This document shows positions 53,976 to 64,000 of a DNA stretch of 64,000 nucleotides, piece by piece. The notes under the pieces were generated by a model, which saw only the letters and a list, made by a program, of their open reading frames with translations, ran no database searches and was not told the DNA's origin. How positions within the stretch are numbered: position 1 is the stretch's first letter; each line of letters begins with the position of its first letter. Position numbers and translations under genes: made by a program. The stretch comes from Zygnema circumcarinatum SAG 698-1b (Eukaryota > Plantae > Zygnematophyceae). The stretch spans positions 3,670,829 to 3,734,828 of the forward strand of contig CM074807.1 of the NCBI GenBank assembly GCA_037447605.1, read 5' to 3'.

Positions 53976-56488
53976 CTCCCTTCCCTTCCTCCCACCCTTC
54001 ATGCACATCGCAGGTGTTCTGAATGTGGCCACTGCAAAGACTCCAGCTCAGTCCAAGTGCTCATCGCCTTCATGGAACGAATTGCTTTAAACCCTAAGAC
54101 TATCGCCTCTCTAAACGAGGTCCCAGCAGGAGGACCAGTAGGAGAGAGGCACGTGGCAGCAGCTGGAGGCAACCGGCAATCAGGCAGACCTGCTGCAACT
54201 CCATCGATTCCAATTGAAAGGAAATCAAAAGTTGCTCTCCCGCACGGAGATGTCTCTCTTAGCGCAGAAAACGATTCCAATTTTTCCCAATTTGCAAATA
54301 ACTCAGCACGTGGAGAATGTACTAGCACGAAAAGACTTGAGATTAAGTCACCAAATGGGCATATGAGTCCTTCAACAAGGGAAAGTGGTCAAAAAGAAGA
54401 TCATTCACACTTGAGGCAAACTGCAATTGAGGAAGACCAAGCAACGGAGAGAGTCTCCAACGGAGAGGTTTCAGACGCTGCAGATATCCCAAGAATGGCA
54501 CCAAATAGTAGGCCAATTTCAGAGGATAAAGGTCTACCTATGTCTCCTATTCAAGAGCCAATCCACCTCCTAATGCGGCCCTCTTCAAAATCTCGGTTTA
54601 CATCGTCCTTGAACAGTGCCGAAATTCCTCCAAAACGAAGCTCTTTGAAGTCTGAGCAAGAGGCTTGCCCAGCTTTAGGCTCCAATGGGGTCCCAAAAGG
54701 GAGTACAAAGCAGCAGACTGGACAGCAGCCATGGAGAGGAAACGTGGAGGAAAATGGAGTCTCTTGGGGGGAGGGGGAGGGTGGTTGTCAGAGGGGAGAC
54801 AATGAGAGCATTCAGAAACGTTTGCTAGAGGCTATCACTCGTGTGCATCAGGTTTACTTTGTTGAACAGGTGAACATTCATTCTGTGTTGCTTTTTTGAA
54901 ACATTGTATACAGTCTCACTCGGGCTGCAGGTGCCCTATTTGAATAGAAAAAGTGCTGCTCGAGAAAGGTGCTGTTCGCTACCCTAACCCTAAACCCTAA
55001 ATTCTAAGGCCCTCCTTGGGCTCTCGGAAAGTGCAGGATGGGCGGCAAGTGTTTGATCTCATGCTTACCATTCTGCTCGAAGTTACGCAGTCCGAATACG
55101 GATTCATCGGACATGTAGTTCTAAAAGAAGATGGCTCGCCCTGCCTCAAGGTCAGGCAGGCATTCTCACAACCCTAAACCCTAAACTTGTCATTCCTCAT
55201 GTTGTCTTCTCTGTCTGTGGCAGAAAAAAGGGATGCATATGAACATGGTTTGTATGTGTGTTGCATGGCAGACCCAAGCCATCTCCAACATTGCATGGAC
55301 CCCTGAACTCAGAGAATGGTTTGCAAAAACAGCACCCCAAGGTCTTGTCTTCAACAATTTGGAAACTTTGTTCGGAGAAGTTCTCACTAAAGGCACGCAA
55401 GTGATCAGCAATGATCCAAAATCCGATCCGCGATCAACCGGATTGCCTGATGGGCACCCTCCTATGCATAATTTCATGGGAATGCCCCTTTACACTGGTG
55501 AGGATTCACAGACTCTTTTTTGCCTTTAGCATGTGCAGACAGTTGGTTGGACATTTTAGGGTTTCTTAAGACCTGTTCGGAATAAGATGGCTGTGGTTGC
55601 AGGGTCGGCGATGATTGGAATGTTCGGTATCGCTAATAGGCCGGGAGGATATGATGAGAAGATTGTGAAGGAGATAGAGCCGTTGACTGTGACGGTGGCA
55701 CAGATTCTCTATGCGGCTGGAGAACGGAACAGACGCATGGAAGCCGAGCAGCATCTCTCCAGCATAGTGCAGGTCTGTCACTGCCATGCTTGAAACCTAC
55801 GTACTTGTACAGAAACTCAGAATTAATCGACAAAAGCCGTTTTTTTTTCAAAGTCAACAAGGAGAGAGAATGTTCTGCAAAAATTCAGCTGCTTCTGTGA
55901 AGAGGCAGAGTCTCTCCAGCAGTCCAAACGTCTCTTGAAAACCTCAAAAAGGAGCCCTACACCTTAGTTGCTATGCCGACCTTAGAAGAAGACAATCTTC
56001 TGAACGAAGCTTACATAATTTGAATCCAAATACCCGAGCTGTTTGTGAGAATTCCCAGTTAGCTAATCCGAGTAGTCAAATGCCGTTCGTTACTTAGTCA
56101 GCTCCCCTCTGCAGACTGTGCGAGAGGGAATTCTCTCTATGGCGGAGGATGGGCGAGTCACATCAATGAATCTTTCCGCTAGAAGCATGTTCGGATACCA
56201 AGTAGAAGGCAGCAAAAGGAGCAGAGCCCCTCCCTCCAACCTTCACTTAAAGGAGCTTTTCTCAGTATTGGATGACGATCCCGACTTCATGTTGCAAGGT
56301 AAAGCAAGGAGAAACCCAAGCTTCATAGTCTTCATATGATGCTTTATTGCTGTCAGAAAGTGGGAAAATATAAGAGCTTTAGATCGCGNNNNNNNNNNNN
56401 NNNNNNNNNNNNNNNNNNNNNNNNNNNNNNNNNNNNNNNNNNNNNNNNNNNNNNNNNNNNNNNNNNNNNNNNNNNNNNNNNNNNNNNN

Positions 56489-56541
<53 letters not shown>

Positions 56542-59500
56542 TCTCTCTCCCCCCCTCTCCTGCCTCTTCTTCCATGTGAAGCGACCCTGACGATGCTGCT
56601 TGGAATAACATCAATCACATCAATCCCAAAAAGAGGCTTCCATGGGGCCGGTCTGCCTCCCCACCCCCACCCCCACCCCCACCCGCATCCCCTGTTTTTG
56701 CTTAAAAACCCTAAAAACCCTAAAACCCCTAAAAACCCTGCTTTACTCGCAGCCTTTCTAGCGACGATGAGCCACGAGATTCGCACTCCTTTGAACGGAG
56801 TGATCGGAATGACCGCGGTGCTGTTGGACACCGCCCTCGCCCCCGAGCAGAGGGACCACGTGGCGACCATCCGGGACTCCGGGGACATGCTGCTGCAGAT
56901 CATCAACGACATTCTCGACTACAGCAAAATTGAGTCTGGGAAACTCGAGATGGAGAGGACCCCCTTCAACGTGCTGCAGGTGCTGCTGCCGACATTTGTC
57001 ACTATAACGGCTAACGACTGACGATTAATGGCGAATCACCAACGACTAGGAAATAATGCCCAGTGACAATGAAGATGACCAGTGATTAGTGATTAGTGAC
57101 TAGTGACTAGGACTAATGACGAATGATGGATGAATTTGGGCTGTTGGTAGTTGATTACTCGTCATTGTTTCTGATAGAGACGCAAGTGGCACGAGTGTGT
57201 GTGTGTAGGCGGTGGAGAGAGTGGCGGAGCTTCTGATCCATAACGCGGAGTCTAAGGGGCTGGAAATGGCCATAGAGGTCTGCGAGGGGGCGCCCACATA
57301 CATAGTCGGAGACGCGGGACGCACTTCGCAGGTGGGAGCAAAATGGCAGTGAGGGCCCCTCCCTCTGCAAGTCACAGCTGCAGGGAAGAAGTGAATGGTT
57401 GTTGGGTGAAGTTCATCACGCTGGGAGACATGAAAGCTTTGAGTACAGAATGTTTCAAATCTTCCAATCGAAGCTTAGGTAGATGTGCGGTCTCATGTGT
57501 TGTCCTAACACCTTACAAACACGGCCAACCAACCAACCAACCAACCAACCACTCCCTCAATCCCTCCCTCCCTCCCTCCCTCCCTCCCTCNNNNNNNNNN
57601 CGCTCTCCCTCCCTCCAGATCCTCATAAACCTCGCCTCCAACGCCATCAAGTTCACACACAGCGGGCACATGCTCTTCCGCCTATCGGAGGAGATCGCCG
57701 TGACAGGCGGTCACACCTCCCGTCTTCTTGTCTGCAGCGTAGAGGACACGGGAATCGGAATTCCCGCCGACAAAAGGGACCGCCTTTTTCGCCACTTTTC
57801 GCAGGTGGACGCCTCTACCACCCGGCGGTTTGGCGGCACAGGTCTGTGCCCCCACCCTACTTTCAGAAAATTGACAGAGTTACAGCTACCACACTGACCC
57901 CTCTAGGAAAACAACATGGACATGCATTTTGGTAGCCAAAGTTGTTTGAAGCTCTATACGAGAGACACGACTTGTACTTTTCTCGTCTTGCAGGACTTGG
58001 ATTGGCGATCTGTAAGCAGCTGGTAGAGCTCATGGAGGGGTCCATCTCCTTCACAAGCGAGGAGGGGAAGGGGACCACTTTCACTATAAAGCTGCCTGCA
58101 CAATCCCCCGGGAATGGCAAAGTTCTGAACTGGTCAGACTCGTCCGATTTCGAGCAACCAGAAAACATTGTGGTAACGGAGGAAGTTCAGTCGGCCCGAG
58201 TTCTCCTTGTGGGACCCTCAGAGGTGAGTGGCTCACTCCCTTGGTTTTTAGGGTTTTTAGGGTTTTTAGGGTTTTTAGGGATGATGACAGACAGATGATG
58301 ATGATGGTGATGATCTGATGTTTTGACAGGGGGGGGGGGGTCAGACATGTGCAATATCACAAAGGGTGAAGGTTTTCGGATCCCCAACTGCCTCTGTTTG
58401 GTCAGGATGAGTCGGTTTTGCGAGCTTAATAATGGGTTCAAACAGAAGGGGACCTTCAATCTCGAGTTCGAATCCAATTGCCGGTATGCAGGTTTGCAGT
58501 TTGTGCTCATCTTTGGAGTAGATGGCGGGTGGCAGGTCACACTCAGAGCCATCGCAACACAGCTGTCGAGCTGGCAGATGCGCCACGTGGCAATCTGTGG
58601 GAACCCGGAGGAGGTTTTCGCGAAGCTTTTAGGGTTGGGGAGAGCGGGAGAGGAGGGAGGGGAGAGGGGGCTCGCGGAGGACTACGAAGTGGTGTTGGCG
58701 GACTGCTCGCGGGTGGCCCAACTTGAGGAGGGCCCAATGGGGCAGCTGTTAGAGGCACTGGGGAGGGAGAGGGTGGGAGTGGTGCTGCTGGCGGGTCGCT
58801 CTCATCTGGGGGAGAAGGGGAGGTTGGAGCTTAAGAACAGCCGCGCGTGGAAGGAGGAGAAGCCTGTCATTCTTCGCAAGCCCATGGTGAGTGCTTGTTG
58901 GGCCTGGCTTCCTCTCCTCTCCTCTCCTCTCCTCTCCTCTCCCTCTCCCTCTCCCTCTCNNNNNNNNNNCCTCCCCTCCCCTCGTATTCTCCAGTCGTCG
59001 TTTCACTCTCGTCTTCGCCCCGCTGCCCGTCTCCTCTCCTTCAGCTCTGATCTGACACTTCTCTCTTCTGCCTTCCCTCTCTCGGCTCCCATCTCCCATC
59101 CACCTTTCCTTTCCCAACCCACCGAGGCTCACTGGAAGTTGTCTCTCTCCGTGGTGGGAGAGCAGGTCCGCCCAAAACCTCTCCTGCTTGCTTTATCCTC
59201 CGCCCTTCACAGCCTGCAAGCCTCCAAGCAGGTGGGCGGTGCAGAAGGTGAAGGGATGGTCTTTGCAAGGCAGCGCCGGCCGAGGACTCATCGCCAAAAG
59301 GGCTCGCGGATGTCCACGGAGTTTCCCCGCATCGATGCGAGGATTCTGCTTGCAGAAGATAATCATGTATGGGAGAATTCAGTCTGCATTGTCCCCTTCT
59401 AAAGTCATGTCTGTTTCAGCATTCGGTCGTTTAGAACTATGGTTGTCTGCTGAAGAATCTATCTCAACTTAGGATGAGGAGAGTTGCAGGAGTTTGACCC

Positions 59501-60204
59501 TCTTTTGCTTTCTGTTGGGTGTGGAGGAGCAGATCAACCAGAAGGTTGCTCAGTCAATGCTGATCTCGCTTGGAGCAACGGTTGACGTCGCCAACAACGG
59601 GCTTGAAGCTTTGGCAGCTCTGCAGAGAACTTCCTACAAGCTCATTCTCATGGACTGTCAGGTTACATTTCGTACCACTTCGCCTCTACGATCTGCATTC
59701 GCATTTCCAGCAAGAAAAGGGGACTCTTTTGCACATGTGATTGCAGCCGGCTCAGGTTATATGGAGGGGATGTGCAGATGCCGGAGATGGACGGGTGGGA
59801 GGCTACGAAAAGAATACGGCAGCTCGAAGCAGACCGAGCGGATGGGGCTCCGCCTGTTCCCATCATTGCACTGGTAGAGGGAAAACGAACTTTCCACTTC
59901 CTCTTTTCTAAATGCAGGAGTTCGCAGTTCACTAGCATTTGTCTTTGTCCTTGCTCTATCCCACGTTTTTCTTTCTCCTTAAAGCATAGAATGTGGCTGA
60001 AGCTGCATCTTGTTGGCGTTGGGGATGATGATGCAGACGGCGAACGCTCTCAAGGGCGACCGAGAAACATGTTTGGAAGTTGGAATGACGGATTACATGT
60101 CTAAGCCGGTGAGCAAAGCGACGCTGGCGAAGATCCTAACGGCTTATCTCACGACTCCTTCTCCCGGGGACGCCATCGAGAAGGCCGCCACTCCCTCCTT
60201 GTGA
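53528..60204 (+). CDS. Hybrid sensor histidine kinase: low-complexity N-terminus, GAF, PAS-like, HisKA, HATPase, degenerate receiver, receiver (possible upstream start exon at ATG 52618)
   Basis: GAF: [13 protein letters not shown]...[12 protein letters not shown]...[18 protein letters not shown] start: [26 protein letters not shown]-box [19 protein letters not shown]-box [15 protein letters not shown]1 VEDTGIGI, G2 GGTGLGLAI. REC: LLAEDN...LILMDCQ|MPEMDG...SKP. A 100-N gap interrupts the PAS/linker part. Confidence 0.92.
56389..56488. other. Assembly gap (100 N); smaller 10-N gaps at 13868-13877, 57591-57600 and 58960-58969
   Basis: N runs flanked by CT microsatellites. The gap may hide exon(s) of the kinase. 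Confidence 0.95.
56703..56739. repeat. Telomere-like (TAAAAACCC)n array just before a 3' splice site
   Basis: About four 9-bp units, one of them variant. Confidence 0.75.
58245..58280. repeat. Telomere-like (TTTTTAGGG)4 array just after a 5' splice site
   Basis: Four perfect 9-bp units, inverse in orientation to 56703-56739. Confidence 0.8.
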
Positions 60205-61256
60205 ATGCGCGGCCTCTATTGGGGGAGGTAGACGGACAGGACCCCTCTTGGCGGGCCCCGGCCCTTAGGGCCTGAGTCCTTCAAAGCCTATCCTTTGCCT
60301 ATCCTTTCCTTAGCACATGGGCAGAGGAAAGCAGATTCATTACAGGCAGAGGTGCGATGCCGGCTGTGCAATTGCTTTTTTTTTTTTATGTGTGTTGATT
60401 CCTGACGGGGGCGATTCTGGATGCAAGAGGTGCAGTGGCAAGCAGCGGTGAAGGGAGAAGTTTTCGCCTTCCTAGCTTGATAAAGTTTCTTCCAGCGCCA
60501 TTTCTCGATAAAGATAACATATCCTTCCCTGTCTTGTCAAATTCGCGGACCTTGATGAAGTTATTTATTGTAAAATAAGCACAAGCTGTCAAATTGGCGA
60601 TAGGGACTGCAAAGAGAGGGGGCTATGTTGCACTCCACAGGTGAGACGTTATCGTCTCTAACGTTGAGGCTAAGAAGTTCTTCCCCGGATAGAGCGAGGA
60701 TAAAGGGGGAAGAGAGAAGGAGCTCTGCAGTCTTGTAAGAAGTGTACAATTTTAGCTTAGAAGTCTAGTCCTACTTCGGGGCTTTCGGCTCAAGAGTAAT
60801 GGAGAGGCGGGGGTTGGAGGGTATTCATTGTAACCGATAGTTAATTTATTTTTCTATCTCAATAGAGTTAGCATCAAGATGATCGCTCAATCGCTGCTGA
60901 ATGTTTTGCGTCTTTGAAAAGGTGTCCAGATTTGGATGACTTGTCTGCAGATGCAAGATGAACCGCGACTCTGTGGTCGATTGCTGACCTACTCACCCTG
61001 CATCTTCTTCCATGGAGGGGCTCTTACCGACTCTATCTGAGGCTGTGTTGAGAAATAATAACCACAAGACAGCACTTAACAAGAGACCCAGCACCTACCC
61101 AAACAGGTCATGCTGCAAATCAAATGACAGGCAGGAAGACAAGAACATCCAAAAGGGCAACCGCCACTGAAAACGAGCATGGCTTCAGCAGCCGCCTGAT
61201 TCACGTGTAGGCAAAAACGAACGCATACAGTTACATTAAACGATGAGAATCCCCCA

Positions 61257-62547
61257 TCATTTCTTTCCTCTTAGCTTCACCCCAAGGACCCTCTCCAATT
61301 TACTGATCACTTGTTGATTTGGTATGGCTTTTCCGTTCTCATATTCTTGTATCACCTGCGGCTTCTCATTGATTTGCTGCACAAGACAACCAAAAGCAAT
61401 ACCGTTACAGTCGAATCCTTGAAACTTTCCACTCCCGTACAGCCATCTCCTAGCATAAGCTCCATACCAGGGCCGGACCGAGCATCTAATGAGAAAGAAG
61501 GTAAAGAATACCAGACTTGCAGAAATCGAACAAGGGGGGCTTTATATGCGATTGCAACAACTATGCTACCGACTTACGAGGTCGATGATGGCACATTCAT
61601 GTGGCATGTTCCAACGACCTAAGACAAGCTTGAGCTTCCCAAGGGCCACTAATCCTCTCATAGCCAGAAAATGGCGAATACTTCAAGCAGGACCCATTGG
61701 ATGAAAGACACTGACCTGCGCAAGTTGTGCTTGAGTCATCTTTTTGTCTAACCGAGCTTTCATAATTGAGGTCTTAAGCTCACGGCTGACGTGCTCGTCT
61801 GCAAAACAAGAGTCAGACACCTTGCCGCCTTCAGTCTCAGCACGTCAAACCCACTATTTGAAGCCTGAGGACTACAACATGCTGATATACAATCCCATTG
61901 CTCCTCAGAAAAGAGGTGAAAATTAGAGGACGCATGGAATATCTTCAGAGTGACACCAATTCACCGCGCGGCAACACAATTGCAGCGATTAGAAGCCAGA
62001 ATTCCGCTAACGCCATGACTGTGCGCCTGCAAGTTCAGGCATAGCAATGGAACTTACGCGTCAGATTTTCTGTGTCCTCTTCTAGTTTCTTTGTGTTCAC
62101 TGAAGGGCCGGCAGCCGCCGCTTTGTTTGTTCCCGCAGTAACTGCACCCGATAGGCCACGAAAGTGAATTGAGCTCTGTGGCCTTCACAGCAGAGAGGGT
62201 GTGCAACGCAACTTGGACGCGCACCAACAGGACGGGGAAGCAGACTCACGCTTGGGCTCTGAAACAAGGCAAACCCTACAATACTGCTCTGAAATGGCGA
62301 AATCCAGAACCCGCAAGCATCAATATGCAACTGCTTCCATTGCAAAATTGCGCAAACAGCAGCCAGAACCGTGTGCAGAAGGAAGACAATCTTGAGAGCA
62401 AACGCCATCCATACATTTCTTCACCGTCTCGATCGCAGCTCCTGTGCGCCTCGCTTCATTCACAGCCTTGTCGTCCTTCTTCGCCGCCGCGTTGGGCGCT
62501 CTCTTCCTGATGACCACCGGCTCCCAGTCCTGCGAGAATTGACTCAT
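61257..62547 (-). CDS. MBF1: Multiprotein bridging factor 1 (MBF1a/b-like), 4 exons
   Basis: MSQFSQDWEPVVIRKRAP...ETVKK|FTAGTNK...NTKKLEEDTENLT|HEHVSRELKTSIMKARLDKKMTQAQLAQ|QINEKPQVIQEYENGKAIPNQQVISKLERVLGVKLRGKK*. Confidence 0.95.
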
Positions 62548-64000
62548 TTTCGCCCTCCCTCCTTCGCTGCTTCAGAGCCCGCTTAGTAACCGCTCGGACC
62601 GCAATTTGCACTCAAACGTATCTGCTTCCAAATTAGGGAAAATAGAGCGGCGGTGCAGCGGTCGGAAGTTAACCCTAACTTGGTGAGCACTGAGAGGCTG
62701 AAGCAGGAACAGGAGCAGGAGCTGGAGCAGGAAGCTGGAGCAGGAGGGGGAGGTAGAGGGAGAGGGAAAGGGAGAGGGGCTTGCAACGCCGTACCTGGGC
62801 CAAGGCTTGGAGGGAGGGAGGGAGAGAGGCAGGGAGGCGTATGGGGTGCAAATGGGGTCGAGAAAGAAGGCCCGTTTGGTAATATTAGAAAAGGACATTT
62901 CAGGGCCGGCTCGGGACGGTCATCCAAAACAAATATGATTTTCCTGCCCATCGGATCGACAGGCAGAAATAAATTTCAGATTTGGCCCAGCGCGATTATT
63001 TCAATGGACGCGATTGGCGACACCGACCACTCCAAGCGATTTACGCATGCCACGTGGTACTTTGGCATTAATTTGTTTTCTATTACAAATGCAGTGGACG
63101 AAAGGTATCAATTTTTTTCCCATATTCTTTGCTTTTTCCGTACATATGCAAATTCGATTGTCAACAAAAATTGACAATTTGTACGAACTCGTACGGCCTT
63201 TGCCGTACCAATACTGAACTGGACACTGTGGTAATCTCGATATATCATAATATCGTAGAGTAGCGTATTGTATCTCGAAATATTGTATCTTATCATATTG
63301 TTCGTATCGTATAGCTTAGTATCGTCCTTTGCTTCTTGGATTCAATGAGACTCCTGCACAAATTTCCTTCTCTTTTTTGGCTTGCTGCTGCTGCTGCCAG
63401 ACGAGGAGCCAGCCATGGCTGCCGGAAGGCGCCGCTGAAAGTCTGGAGGCCCTACTGCGCGTGCCTCTGCACAATGCCTGGACGAGCGGCCGGTTTCGGA
63501 GCATACGTCGGGCACAGGGACAGCTAGAAGTCAGGAAGGCTTTGCTTGCAGCTCGGTGGCCTTCGGCTTCGCCTCAAGCAGAGTCGCTGATTCCTTCTAG
63601 GAATAATGTTTTAGGGCTACTCTTTTCTCACGGGTGCATCTGGAATAGAAAGCGATGTCTTTCAGATTTGGCACTTGTTCGCCCAGTCTTCCAAGTCGGG
63701 GGGATAGCAAAAGTTTCTGTTCCCTATTGCAGAAGTAATCGAAAGCTGTCTTTGAGGAGCATCACTATGTGGCCGCTATTGGAAGGGATTGTGTCCTTGC
63801 CTCTGTTACTGCTCGGAACAGCATTTGTGAGCTCCTTGTCGCCATAAACTTCGTGCCTGCAAACATCCCTCCCATGAAAAGAACTTGGAACTCATGAACT
63901 TGGTGCGCATCGGCTCTACAATTAAGAGGAATTCAAAAATCAAAATTATGTACGCAAATTAGTCGCAGCTTAGAAGCTTTGAGCTTGCTCACAGTAGAAT

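Noticed and set aside
62683-64000. Possible gene divergent from MBF1 (donor-like GTGAGC at ~62683, ATGG at ~63415, GC3-rich frame WLPEGAAESLEALLRVP)
   Set aside because: The good-context ATG opens only 7 codons, the coding-looking frame has no start, and no homology was recognised. It cannot be resolved at the window edge.

Overview
Eukaryotic nuclear DNA, gene-dense, with multi-intron genes and GA/CT microsatellites in introns and UTRs. It is probably a streptophyte alga, most likely Zygnematophyceae. This is an inference from a GRAS gene, a secreted root-cap/LEA-related protein of the type I recall as expanded in Closterium, and a non-angiosperm GAF-PAS hybrid kinase. Twelve protein genes could be reconstructed by hand from splice sites and motifs: GRAS (5'-truncated), LACS8/9-like, SGS3-like, SF3A3/ATO, two tandem carotenoid cleavage dioxygenases, a catalase, a root-cap-domain secreted protein, pTAC6/PAP8, a FoP/CHTOP-tail RNA-binding-like protein, a UQCC5/SMIM4-like microprotein, a GAF-PAS hybrid histidine kinase and MBF1. 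The most striking structure is an ~8.6 kb segment (10143-18776). It is bounded by ~164 bp inverted repeats with a near-matching 8-9 bp target-site-like flank and encloses a complete SGS3-like RNA-silencing gene whose N-terminus is rich in GW/WG motifs. TA-flanked MITEs are stacked just inside both ends. Other highlights are a clade-3-type catalase with an apparent plastid transit peptide next to the CCD pair, a PAP8 homologue, and a bacterial-type GAF sensor kinase. No rRNA, tRNA or CRISPR features were found. All family assignments come from recalled motifs, not database searches, and exon boundaries were read by eye.
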